Assembly: GCA_965603825.1 (NCBI GenBank)
Contig: CBFDEM010000047.1
Span: forward strand, 62,001 to 126,000
Length of the DNA: 64,000 nucleotides
DNA from: Blepharisma stoltei ATCC 30299
Lineage: Eukaryota; Protista; Ciliophora
Direction: 5' to 3'
Shown here: positions 12,899 through 24,026 of the stretch, one piece after another
Layout of the letters: the number at the start of each line of letters is the position of its first letter
Position numbering within the stretch: the first letter of the stretch is position 1
The notes under the pieces: model-generated
What the model was told of the DNA's origin: nothing
Databases searched by the model: none
The model's input: only the letters and a program-made list of their open reading frames with translations
Translations under genes and position numbers: made by a program

Positions 12899-14473
12899 AT
12901 GGACAAAGATAAGTGAAATCAAATCTTACTCTTAGGCGCTGCAACACTTGGCTTTATAGGTCTTCTTCACTACAGAAAATCCCAAAACGCTCGCAAGGCA
13001 ATTCGTCGGACCACATCCCAAGTCCGTCAAATTGAAAAACTTGAGAAAATTCTTAACGAGCAGAAAGCGATTGAGCACGACATCCAAAGAGGTGTCAGGG
13101 CTCCCAAAATGCTGCCTCCTCCTGAAGGAAAAGTATTTCTAAACCCTCTTTTGGGTACAGGGGTGAAACAAGATATTAACTCAGGACGAGCCTTTCTCCC
13201 AGAATCTGTATTTAATAAAGTCGGTGGATACTTAGTTGCTGATAATGTCTTTTCAATTGACCCAGCATCTGCTGGAGGGTCTATTTTACTCGTAAAAGGA
13301 TCTCCTAGAATGGAAATTGTTATGAATCCAAAAAATGTGAAAGCGGCAATCGTTACATGTGGAGGCCTATGCCCTGGCTTAAACGTAGTAATCCGAGAAA
13401 TCGTTATGTCACTGCACTTTAATTACGACACAACTGAAATATATGGCATATGGAATGGATATTCAGGATTTTATACTGAAGGCTTTATAAAAAAGCTGAC
13501 TCCTCATGATGTAGTAGACATTCATACACTCGGAGGGACAATTTTAAAGACTTCTCGAGGAGGCTGGAATTTAGAAAAAATTGCTGACTGCATTGAAGAA
13601 AGAGGCTTTAACCAAATTTATGTGATAGGTGGGGATGGGACACACAGAGGGATTAATGCGCTTGTAGAGGAAATGGAAAGGAGGAATCTTCCTGTTTTTA
13701 TTGCAGGAATTCCTAAGACTATTGATAATGATATACCAATTATTGATAAATCATTTGGATTTGATACAAGTGTAGAAGAAGCCCAAAGGGCAATTGATTC
13801 TGCCAATATAGAAGCTAATAGTGCTGAATATGGAGTTGGGCTTGTAAAGCTAATGGGTAGAAACAGCGGCTTTATCGCTATGCAAGCTTCAATTGCAAAT
13901 AGAAATGTAAATGTTTGCTTGATCCCTGAGTCTGAGTATGAGTTATCAGGGCCAAATGGCGTTTATAACTATATTTTAGAAAGACTCAAGGTAAAAAAAC
14001 ATGCTGTTGTCGTCGTAGCTGAAGGAGCTGCTGTATCCTGTAAAGACGAAAAACTAGTAATGCCAGGAACTGATGCATCAGGAAACCCTATTTTATATGA
14101 TATTGGAAAACATTTAAGAGATGGAATTGTGAAATACTGCAAAGAGCATGGTATGAATATTACCTTAAAATACATTGACCCTACCTATATGATTAGAACT
14201 GTCCCTGCCAATTCTGGGGATAAAGTCTTATGCGCAACTTTAGCACAAGCTGCAGTCCACGGTACTTTTGCTGGGTTTACAGGATTTTCTGTAGGCTGTG
14301 TGGCTGGAACCCCTTGCTTTATTCCTATAGATTTAATGATTTCGACTAGAGAAGGTAAAAATTCTTTGCCTGGCCAACGGAGAGTAGACTTAGAAGGAAA
14401 TTATATGTGGTGGAGGCTTATGGCTTCAACAGGGCAGCCAAGCTTTATTAATGAGGTTAAAGAACTTAATTAA
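12899..14473 (+). CDS. PFK: ATP-dependent 6-phosphofructokinase (plant/protist type) with N-terminal hydrophobic extension
   Basis: TCGGLCPGLN, GGDGT, PKTIDND, LMGR, YIDPTYMIR. Frame extends 70 codons upstream through one TGA to ATG12899. Confidence 0.93.
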
Positions 14474-15195
14474 CTATTCAAAATTATATGATGGATTATC
14501 TGTATAACTTGTTCTAAAGCTTCATTGAAAAAATGCTTGCAATTTAATGTGTAATGCCCTTTACATTTTTCTTTTAATTCTTGTACATATGCTAAAGAGT
14601 CTGAATAAGGGATTATTTCGTCAGGCTCTCCATGCAAAATATAGATATCTCCTTGAGACCTTTCACAATAAATTTTCATATCGATATTTATCCTTTCAGT
14701 GACCATTTCCTGGGTAATTTTAAATTCTTTTCCAAAAGCTGAGTGCAAAATCTCACCATTTTCCTGGAGAATCTGGTATTTTTCTTGTAGGTAGTGAGGT
14801 AAAACTGTCATATAAAAGCGTGGGGCTAATGCAATAATTTTTTTGACGTCTCCGTGTATAGCAGAATATATGATTACGTCATTTCCTGCTTTGGAATGGC
14901 CTATAATTCCTGATACTTGGTATCCTTGGGATATAAGAAATTTTACAGCGTCGTCTAAGTCATTAGCTTCTCTTTCAAAACCTGCCCATGAGAAATCGCC
15001 TTGACTGTGGCCGTTTCCTGAGAAATCAAATCGAAAAGTATTTACTTGTAAATTCTCGCTTAAATACCTATATAGAAACAAGTCCATATCACAAAGTTGC
15101 CCGTGGCAGATAATATAGATGTTATTATCATTTGGGGATTTTATTGAAAATTTGTAAGCTAGTTGTAGGCCATTTCGATTTGTAAAGAATTCCAT
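14470..15195 (-). CDS. Alpha/beta hydrolase copy 1 (canonical)
   Basis: CHG oxyanion motif, FRFDFSGNGHSQG, GHSKAG elbow, HGEPD, CKH. Confidence 0.9.
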   Translation of the reverse strand: MEFFTNRNGLQLAYKFSIKSPNDNNIYIICHGQLCDMDLFLYRYLSENLQVNTFRFDFSGNGHSQGDFSWAGFEREANDLDDAVKFLISQGYQVSGIIGHSKAGNDVIIYSAIHGDVKKIIALAPRFYMTVLPHYLQEKYQILQENGEILHSAFGKEFKITQEMVTERINIDMKIYCERSQGDIYILHGEPDEIIPYSDSLAYVQELKEKCKGHYTLNCKHFFNEALEQVIQIIHHIILNS

Positions 15196-15232
15196 TTAAT
15201 GATTTTAAATATAAAATTTTAGCATAGCCATT

Positions 15233-15943
15233 TTAATTTTCAATAGCATGATGAATAATTTCGACGACTTCGTCAAGTGCTCCATTCAGCAAATGATCGC
15301 ATTCCAACGTATAATGGCCTTTACATTTTTCTTTTAAGGCACTCGCATACTGTAGAGAATCTATATAAGGAATAATTTCATCTAAACTGCCATGAATAAT
15401 ATAAAATTCACCTTGTGCTCTTCGACAGTAATATCTCATGTCAATACTCATTATTTCATCAATCATCTCTCTTGTGCATCCAAAAGCATAGCGAACAATA
15501 TGCCCATTAGCCTTGACTATTGCGTCATTTTCGCGCATATATTGGGGAATATAACTCATGTCAAATTTAGGAGAAATCGCGAAAATTTGTCTGATCTGTC
15601 CATAAATGGCTGAATAAATAATTGCATCAATTGCAGATTTTGAGTGCCCAATAATTCCTTCAACTTTATAGCCTAGAGAATTTAAAAATTTTACAGCATC
15701 ATCTATATCCCCAGCTTCACTAATATGGCCTGCATAAGTAAATTTACCATCGCTTTTTCCATTTCCAGGAAAATCAAATCTAAAGGTATTGACTCTAAGA
15801 TGTTGACTAATAAAACTATAAATAAAAGAGTCCATGTCAAAAAACACCATCTGGCAGACTATGTAAATTCTTTTATCTTCTGGGTTTTTTATAGAAAATT
15901 TGTAGGCAAGCCTCAAACCATTTCGATTTATAAAGGTTTCCAT
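15233..15943 (-). CDS. Alpha/beta hydrolase copy 2
   Basis: Start set at METFINRNG by paralogue alignment; GHSKSA, HGSLD, CDH. Confidence 0.85.
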   Translation of the reverse strand: METFINRNGLRLAYKFSIKNPEDKRIYIVCQMVFFDMDSFIYSFISQHLRVNTFRFDFPGNGKSDGKFTYAGHISEAGDIDDAVKFLNSLGYKVEGIIGHSKSAIDAIIYSAIYGQIRQIFAISPKFDMSYIPQYMRENDAIVKANGHIVRYAFGCTREMIDEIMSIDMRYYCRRAQGEFYIIHGSLDEIIPYIDSLQYASALKEKCKGHYTLECDHLLNGALDEVVEIIHHAIEN

Positions 15944-16289
15944 GTTTTTTATATTTTTGAGGAAACTGATTTTTAAATTAATTTTGATATCATCAGATAA
16001 CAAGTACAGATATATTAATTGAAAATATTTGTAGGCATTTCTATAAATAAATTTAAACTCAATAGTTTACTTGTTATTTTTATTTTTTTATGTTAAGCCA
16101 CAATAGACTTTCCATTAAGTTATAATAAAATTGAAATTCTGATAATTTATATATAAAAAAAATATTTTTGCTTTACTAAAACAGATCCTTTTGTATGTAG
16201 TTTTTATAAAATTTAAAAAGCAAAATCACTAATTATAATTTTTATATGAAGACATTTTAGGTTTTAGTTTTAAATAAAAATTACTATTA

Positions 16290-17069
16290 TTAATTATCTA
16301 ACATAATCTTCTCAACTATCTCAACAATTTCATCAAAAACCCCAATGAAATAATGGTCAGCGCTTATCCTAAAATGTCCTTTACATTTTTCTTTCAATTC
16401 TTTTACAAACTCCAAAGACTCTGAATAAGGGCAAACTTCGTCAGCATCCCCATGAATAATAAAAATATTTCCTTGAGCCCTTTCACAATAAAATTTCATG
16501 TCAGTACTTATTATTTCCTCAATCATTTCCCACGTGAACTTTGACTGAGACTCTAAACACATATGGACAAGTTCTTTGTTTTGTCTAAGAAAATCATAAA
16601 TATCTTGCAAAAAATACGGTAGAATGTTCATATGAAATCTTGCAGACAATGCAAAAATATTTTTAATTTGGCCATATAAGGCAGAATAAATAATTACACT
16701 TGTTGCGCATTTTGTTTGCCCAATAAGCCCTTCTGCTTTTAAGCCTTTTGAAGCTAAAAACTTGACTGCATCGTCAATATCGTCAGCATCTCTGGCAAAA
16801 GCAGCGATAGAGCGTTCACCTTGACTATTTCCGAACCCAGTGAACTCGAATTTAAATGTATTTATGCCCAAATTTTCATGTAAAAATCCACACATGATAA
16901 AAATTTCTGGAGGTCACATTTGGCAAATTACCAAAATCCTTTTATCGGAGGAGTTTCTTATTGAAATGCTGTAGGCAAGCTGCAATCCGCTTCTATTTGT
17001 AAAATAACTGATTTCACTACTTTGAATTTGGGGCTGAGGGCTTGAATTTTCTTCTGAAAAGGATGACAT
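16290..17069 (-). CDS. Alpha/beta hydrolase copy 3 (nucleophile Ser to Thr)
   Basis: Extends through TGA in CQM-W-PPE (TGG in paralogues) to ATG17069; elbow GQTKCA. Confidence 0.85.
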
Positions 17070-17289
17070 AATGAAAATCACGATTAATTCTTTATATTAT
17101 TACTATTTAAGAGTTTTAAGGAAGACGTAGCTTAAATAAGCTCTTATGAATAGATTTTAATTATAACTGAAATCTACAGTATTGAAGTAATACCATTTAA
17201 GTATTACAATGCTTTTTAATTGAGTTTTTATTTTTTATTTAAAAGGCTTAGTTTTAAGCAGACTAATTACTGTCTAAAATACTGATGAG

Positions 17290-17527
17290 GTAAATTGCTG
17301 CATCCCAGATTTTTCTTGATATAAATTGAAATAAGCTTGTCTCTTTGTTATTGTATGCAAAATTCACATATGATAAATAGGTGAGAAGGCCACATTTGGA
17401 ATATCATCCTAATCTTTTTGTCGTTAGGGTTTTATTGAAAAGCTGCACGACAATTTTAAGCAAAATAGGAAATACTGCTTACTTCACTAGTTTTCTACCA
17501 AAATGGGGCTATCTGGGATACTGGCAT
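17290..17527 (-). pseudogene. Alpha/beta hydrolase 5' relic
   Basis: Broken fragment NKNPNDKKIRMIFQMWPSHLFIICEF matching paralogue N-termini. Confidence 0.65.
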
Positions 17528-18037
17528 ATTAAATTACAATTCCTAATTCTTTATATAGTATTAAAACCATTATTTGCTGCTTCGTAGCATCATTTTTATA
17601 TTTATTTTAATGTTAGTTCTAAATCGGTCTTCATACTTTTGATTTTTATTTCTGACTCATTATTTTTAATTATTTTGAGCGTTTTTAAAAAGTATTCAAT
17701 GGATAAATAACTATATTATGATTCAATACTAGTATTTAATCTTTATATAGTGCAATGAAAGTGATGAATTGCATATAATGCTTCAGTAATCATCTTATTG
17801 AAATTTAGCTTAAATTGGTCTTTTCATCTCTCCTTAAACTGATAAGATATTTTTAAAAATCTAATAAGGGAATATTATATTTATGCAGACACAAATATTG
17901 CTCGTACTTTTTAACTAGGCAAGACAGACACTAATTAATAAATCGATCATTTTCTTTATTATAAAAATATTTACCATTTCTGATGGAACTTTATATAATT
18001 TTCTCTTGCTTATTACATTTTCTCACGTAAATTATTA

Positions 18038-18751
18038 TTAACTATCACGAATAATTTGGCTAATAATGGTAACTACATCATCTAATGCTCCAGTAAGCAT
18101 ATGATCACAATTTAACGCAAAATGTCCTTTACATCTCCTTCCAAGCTCTTTTACAAACTCTAAAGAGTCTGAATAAGCTACGACCTCATCTTCGTATCCA
18201 TGAAGAATATAAATATTGCCTCGTGCCCTCTGACAATAATATTTCATATCAATTTTCAATATTTCTTGAGCCATTTCTCTTGTGCACCCAAATGCGTAGC
18301 GAACTATTTCTCCATTTGAATTAATAATCGCGTCATGCTGTGCCATATAGTCTGGGATAAGTCCCTTATGAAATTTTGGACAAATAGCAATTATAATTTT
18401 TACCTCACCGTATAAGGCAGAATAAATAATTGAGACAGTTGCTGACTTTGAATGCCCGATAATACCTTCAACTATATAGCCTCGGGATACTAAAAATTTT
18501 ACAACATCGTCTATGTCTCCAGCTTCACTAATATGGCCTGCATAAGTAAATTCTCCATCACTTTTACCATTCCCAGGAAAATCGAATCGAAAAGTGTTAA
18601 CTTCTAAACTTTGGCTGAAAAAACTGTAAATAAGAAAATCCATATCGAAAAACACAAATTGGAGGACTATATAAATTCTTTTGTCTTCTGGATTTTTTAT
18701 GGAAAATTTATAAGCTATTTTCAAACCGTTCCTATTTGTAAAGGTTTCCAT
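18038..18751 (-). CDS. Alpha/beta hydrolase copy 4
   Basis: GHSKSA, HGYED, CDH; close paralogue of copies 5 and 6. Confidence 0.88.
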   Translation of the reverse strand: METFTNRNGLKIAYKFSIKNPEDKRIYIVLQFVFFDMDFLIYSFFSQSLEVNTFRFDFPGNGKSDGEFTYAGHISEAGDIDDVVKFLVSRGYIVEGIIGHSKSATVSIIYSALYGEVKIIIAICPKFHKGLIPDYMAQHDAIINSNGEIVRYAFGCTREMAQEILKIDMKYYCQRARGNIYILHGYEDEVVAYSDSLEFVKELGRRCKGHFALNCDHMLTGALDDVVTIISQIIRDS

Positions 18752-19011
18752 GTTTTATAATTCTTATAACTGGATATTTATAAATTTTTCAAATAGATAA
18801 ATCAGAATAGGCTTTAAGAAAATAAAAATTTTGATATAAATGGCAGTCTAAGAATATTTGCTGGCGCTAAAGTGCTTCATTATTCAAAATTTTGATAGCG
18901 ATTTATTTTTTCTGATTATCAGCTTAGCTTGTCATTTATTTCAAGTTTTTCTACCAAATTCCAAGACCCAATTTTGTTGTCTGATTTTATCTATTTTATA
19001 ACGAATTTTAC

Positions 19012-19190
19012 TTATTTAGACATAATATTTTCAACAATCCCAGCTACTTCATCAAAGACTCCAAAATACAAATGATCGCAGCCTAGAGTGAAATGTCCTC
19101 TGCATTTTCCTTTTAAAAATTGTACATATTTCAAAGAGTCTACTTAAGGATAAATTTCGCTTATTTTCGTCATCCTACAAAGCTTGCAAT
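19012..19190 (-). pseudogene. Alpha/beta hydrolase 3' relic
   Basis: Matches the C-terminus of copy 7 (KCRGHFTLGCDHLYFGVFDEVAGIVENIMSK); the rest is deleted, with an in-frame TAA upstream. Confidence 0.8.
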
Positions 19191-19910
19191 CATTTTTTGG
19201 TATTAATTAAAAATATTAGGAAAAAATCAAGATCTCAAAAGCGCTTTTACTTTTTTTAATCAAAAAAGCTGCTTTTAACGGATTTTAATTTATTGAAGAT
19301 AGCTAAGCTATTTTTATTTTTATCTAATTTTAATATATTTTGTAATGTAAAAACTCTAAAATTATATTGACTAGGAGGAACCTAGTAACTTAACTTAATT
19401 CTTTATATAGTATTAAAATCAATTATTTGATGCTTCGAAGCATCACTTTTATATTTATTTTAATGTTAATTTCTAATGAAATTTGTTTTTCATATACTTT
19501 GGATTTTTATTTCTGACCCTAGTTATTTTTGATTTTTTTGAACGTTTTTAAAAAGTATCAATTGATAAATAACAAATATTATGATTCAATACTGGGATTA
19601 ATCTTTATATATTGCAATGCAATTGATGAATGATCATATAATGCTTCAGTAATCATTTTATTTAAATTTAGATTAAAATGGTCTTTGCATCTCTCCCTAA
19701 AATCTTAAGATATTTTTAAAATCTCAATGAGGGAATTTTTAATTATCATATCTATACAGACACAAATATTAGTAGCAAGATAAAAATTTTTGCTAATTAA
19801 TAAAAAATGATTTTCCTTTTTTATAAAGAATATTTACCATTTCTGAAGGATTTTATTTATAATTTTATCTTATTCCATTTTATCTTAAATTAAATTCACG
19901 TAAATTAGTA

Positions 19911-20624
19911 TTAACTATCACGAATAATTTGGCTAATAATGGTAACTACATCATCTAATACTCCAGTAAGCATATGATCACAATTTAACCCAAAATGTCC
20001 TTTACATCTCCCTCCAAGCTCTTTTACAAACTCTAAAGAATCTGAATATTCTATGTTCTCATCATCGTATCCCTGAAGAATATAAATATTGTTTCGTGCC
20101 CTCTGACAATAATATTTCATATCAATTTTCAATATTTCTTGAATCATTTTTCTTGTGCACCCAAATGCGTAGCGCAGTACTTCTCCATTTGAATTAATAA
20201 TTGCGTCACGCTGCGCCATATAGTCTGGGATAAGTCCCTTAAAAAATACAGGAGCAATAGCAATTATGGTTTTTACCTCACCGTATAAGGCAGAATAAAT
20301 AATTGAGACACTTGCTGACTTTGAATGCCCGATAATACCTTCAACTATATAGCCTCGGGATACTAAAAATTTTACAACATCGTCTATGTCTCCAGCTTCA
20401 CTAATATGGCCTGCATAAGTAAATTCTCCATCACTTTTTCCGTTCCCTGGAAAATCGAACCGAAAAGTGTTAACTTCTAAATTTTGGCTGAAAAAACTGT
20501 AAATAAGAAAATCCATGTCGAAAAACACCGATTGGAGGACTATATAAATTCTTTTGTCTTCTGGATTTTTTATGGAAAATTTGTAAGCCAATTTCAAACC
20601 GTTCCGATTTGTAAAGGTTTCCAT
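19911..20624 (-). CDS. Alpha/beta hydrolase copy 5
   Basis: Start METFTNRNG; GHSKSA; QGYDD; CDH. Confidence 0.88.
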   Translation of the reverse strand: METFTNRNGLKLAYKFSIKNPEDKRIYIVLQSVFFDMDFLIYSFFSQNLEVNTFRFDFPGNGKSDGEFTYAGHISEAGDIDDVVKFLVSRGYIVEGIIGHSKSASVSIIYSALYGEVKTIIAIAPVFFKGLIPDYMAQRDAIINSNGEVLRYAFGCTRKMIQEILKIDMKYYCQRARNNIYILQGYDDENIEYSDSLEFVKELGGRCKGHFGLNCDHMLTGVLDDVVTIISQIIRDS

Positions 20625-20884
20625 GTTTATGATTCTTATAACTGATATTTTTAAACTTTGCAATTAGATAAATCAGACTTAGCTTTAAGAAATGTAAATT
20701 TTTATATAAATGGCAGACTAAGAGTTTTTGCTGACTCTAAAGTGCTTCATTGCTCAAAATTTATTTTTTCTGATTATCAGCTTCCTATTTATTTAATTTT
20801 TTGTAATAATATAAAAAGTTTTCTACCAAATTCCAAGACCCAATTTTTGTTGTCTGATTTTATCTATTTTATAACGAATTTTAA

Positions 20885-21610
20885 TTATTTAGACATAATA
20901 TTTTCAATAATTCCAGCTACTTCATCAAACACCCCAAAATATAAATGATCGCAGCTTAGCGTGAAATGCCCCCTGCATTTTCCTTTTAAAAATCGTACAT
21001 ACTCTAAAGAGCCTGCATAAAGACAAATTTCATCAATATCTCCGTGGATAATATAAATATCTCCTTGAACTCTTTCACAGTAGTATTTCATATCAAGGTT
21101 TACAGTTTCTTCAATCATCTCCCATGTTAGTCTTAGTTGTCTTCCAAAAGCAGTATGCATAATTTCTTTATTTTGTCTGGTAGCTTCATAGAATTTTTGC
21201 ATAAAGCTTTATAAAACATTCATATGAAATCTCGCAGATATTTTTACAATTTTTTTAACCTGTCCATACAAGGCAGAGCAGATATACCAGTCACTCATAA
21301 ATATCTCAATACAGTCTTTTTATTTTGCTGTTATACAGAATTGATATAATTACTCCGATCACATCCTTTGACATTCCAATAATTCCTTCGGCTTCAAATC
21401 CTCTTGAAACTAAAAATTTTACAGAGTCTCAATATCACCTGCATCCCTTGTATAGCTCCAAAAATAAAACTCCCTTGGCTGTTTTCATTTCCAGTGTATT
21501 CGAATTTAAATGTATTTACATTTAAATTTTCGTGGAAAAAATTGCATAAGATGTCAGTATTGAACAATTATCCAGATCCTTTTTTCATCAGGTTTTTTTA
21601 TCGAAATGAT
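20885..21610 (-). pseudogene. Alpha/beta hydrolase pseudogene (copy-7-like)
   Basis: 3' third open, but in-frame TAA near 21210, a ~62-bp insertion at 21281-21348, small deletions and a lost 5' end. Confidence 0.85.
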
Positions 21611-22287
21611 AAGAGATATAAATAAATAGATTTTAAGCTTTAGCTTGTTTAGATTTAGATTAGATTATGATGGGTTTTTAAAGCCTCACTTTCTGAAGAG
21701 CTGTGCATTCGGCAGCTAACGCCGCGGGGTGGCCTTCCTCGGTTTTTAGGTACAGACATTTTCTCTCCTGATATAGGGAACTCTAAATAGCTTAACTTAA
21801 TTCTTTATATAATATTAAAATCTATTATTTGCTGCTTCGCATTATCATTTTATATTTATTTTAATGTTAATTTCTAATGAAATTTGTTTTTCATATACTT
21901 TGGATTTTTATTTCTGACTCAATAATTATTTAGCGTTTTTAAAAAGTATTCAATTGATAAATAACTAATATTAAGATTCAACCACTGGGATTAATCTTTA
22001 TATATTGCAATGTAATTGATGAATTATCAGATAATGCTTCAGTAATCATCTTATTGAAATTTAGCTTAAAATGGTCTTTGCATTTCTCCTGAACTCTTAA
22101 GATATTTTTAAAAAATCTAATATAGGATGCAGATACAAATATTAGACTAGGCAAGATAAAAAATTTTTGCTAATTAACAAAGGATAATTTTCTTTTTTAT
22201 AAAAAATATTTACCATTTCTGATAGAATTTTATATATAACTTTCTCTTATTCCATTTTCTCTTAAATTAAATTCAAGTAAATTATTA

Positions 22288-23001
22288 TTAACCATCACGA
22301 ATAATTTTGTTAATAATGGTAACTACATCATCTAATACTCCAGTAAGCATATGATCACAATTTAACCCAAAATGTCCTTTGCATCTCCCTCTAAGCTCTT
22401 TTACGAACTCTAAAGAATTAGAATAAGCTATGATCTCATCATCATATCCATGAAGAATATAAATATTACCTCGTGCTCTTTGGCAATAATATTTCATATC
22501 AATTTTCAATATTTCTTGAGCCATTTCTCTTGTACACCCAAATGCGTAGCGCACTATTTCTCCATTAGAACTAATAATTGCGTCATGCTGCGCCATAAAG
22601 GCTGGGAGAAGTCCATTAAGAAAATTTGGAGCAATAGCAAATATGGTATTTACCTCACCGTATAAGGCAGAATAAATAATTGAGACAGTTGCTGATTTTG
22701 AATGTCCAATAATACCTTCAACTATATAGCCTCGGGATACTAAAAATTTCACAGCATCATCTATGTCTCCAGCTTGACTAACATGGCCTGCAAAAGTAAA
22801 TTCGCCATCACTTTTTCCATTCCCTGGAAAATCGAACCGAAAAGTGTTAACTTCTAAATTTTGGCTGAAAAAACTGTAAATAAGAAAATCCATATCGAAA
22901 AACGCAAATTGGCAGACTATATAAATTCTTTTGTCTTCTGGATTTTTTATGGAAAATTTGTAAGCCAATTTCAAACCGTTCCGATTTGTAAAGGTTTCCA
23001 T
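22288..23001 (-). CDS. Alpha/beta hydrolase copy 6
   Basis: Start METFTNRNG; GHSKSA, HGYDD, CDH. Confidence 0.88.
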   Translation of the reverse strand: METFTNRNGLKLAYKFSIKNPEDKRIYIVCQFAFFDMDFLIYSFFSQNLEVNTFRFDFPGNGKSDGEFTFAGHVSQAGDIDDAVKFLVSRGYIVEGIIGHSKSATVSIIYSALYGEVNTIFAIAPNFLNGLLPAFMAQHDAIISSNGEIVRYAFGCTREMAQEILKIDMKYYCQRARGNIYILHGYDDEIIAYSNSLEFVKELRGRCKGHFGLNCDHMLTGVLDDVVTIINKIIRDG

Positions 23002-23261
23002 GTTTATGATTCTTATAACTGATATTTTTAAACTTTGCAATTAGATAAATCAGACTTAGCTTTAAGAAATGTAAATTTTTATATAAATGGCAGACTAAGA
23101 GTTTTTGCTGACTCTAAAGTGCTTCATTGCTCAAAATTTATTTTTTCTGATTATCAGCTTCCTATTTATTTAATTTTTTGTAATAATATAAAAAGTTTTC
23201 TACCAAATTCCAAGACCCAATTTTTGTTGTCTGATTTTATCTATTTTATAACGAATTTTAA

Positions 23262-24026
23262 TTATTTAGACATAATATTTTCAATAATCCCAGCTACTTC
23301 ATCAAACACCCCAAAATATAAATGATCGCAGCCTAGCGTGAAATGTCCTCTGCATTTTCCCCTTAAAAATTGTACATACTTCAAAGAGTCTGCATAAGGA
23401 CAAATTTCATCAATATCTCCGTGGATAATATATATATCTCCTTGAACTCTTTCACAGTAGTATTTCATATCAAGGTTTACAGTTTCTTCAATCATCTCCC
23501 ATGTTAGTCTTAGTTGTCTTCCAAAAGCAGTATGCATAATTTCTTTATTTTGCCTGGTAACTTCATATACTTCTTGAATAAAGCTTGGTAAAACATTCAT
23601 CTGAAATCTCGCAGATATTGTTACAATTTTTTTAACCTGCCCATACAAGGCAGAGTACATAATTACTCCAATCGCATCCATTGACATCCCAATAATTCCT
23701 TCGACGTCAAATCCTCTCGCAGCTAAAAATTGTACAGCGTCGTCAATATCGGCTGCATCTCTTGTATAACCCGCAAAACTAAAACTGCCTTGGGAGTTCC
23801 CATTTCCAGTGTATTCGAATTTAAATGTATTTACATTTAAATTCTCGTGCAAAAAATTGCATAAGATAAAAACTTCTGGAGGCCACTGTTGAATAATTAT
23901 CCAGATCCTTTTTTCGTCAGGTTTTTTCATTGAAATGTTACAAGCTAATTGAAAATCGTTTCGATTTGTAAAATAAGTCGGATTGCGGCTGATTTGACCA
24001 GAAAAACTTTCTAAAGGCATAGACAT
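23262..24026 (-). CDS. Alpha/beta hydrolase copy 7
   Basis: Full ORF; elbow GMSMDA, HGDID, CDH. Confidence 0.88.
   Translation of the reverse strand: MSMPLESFSGQISRNPTYFTNRNDFQLACNISMKKPDEKRIWIIIQQWPPEVFILCNFLHENLNVNTFKFEYTGNGNSQGSFSFAGYTRDAADIDDAVQFLAARGFDVEGIIGMSMDAIGVIMYSALYGQVKKIVTISARFQMNVLPSFIQEVYEVTRQNKEIMHTAFGRQLRLTWEMIEETVNLDMKYYCERVQGDIYIIHGDIDEICPYADSLKYVQFLRGKCRGHFTLGCDHLYFGVFDEVAGIIENIMSK

Noticed and set aside
20658-23325. Identical 96-aa plus-strand ORFs at 20658 and 23035
   Set aside because: TTG-start frames over a duplicated AT-rich spacer, antisense to hydrolase ends; their identity reflects the DNA duplication.
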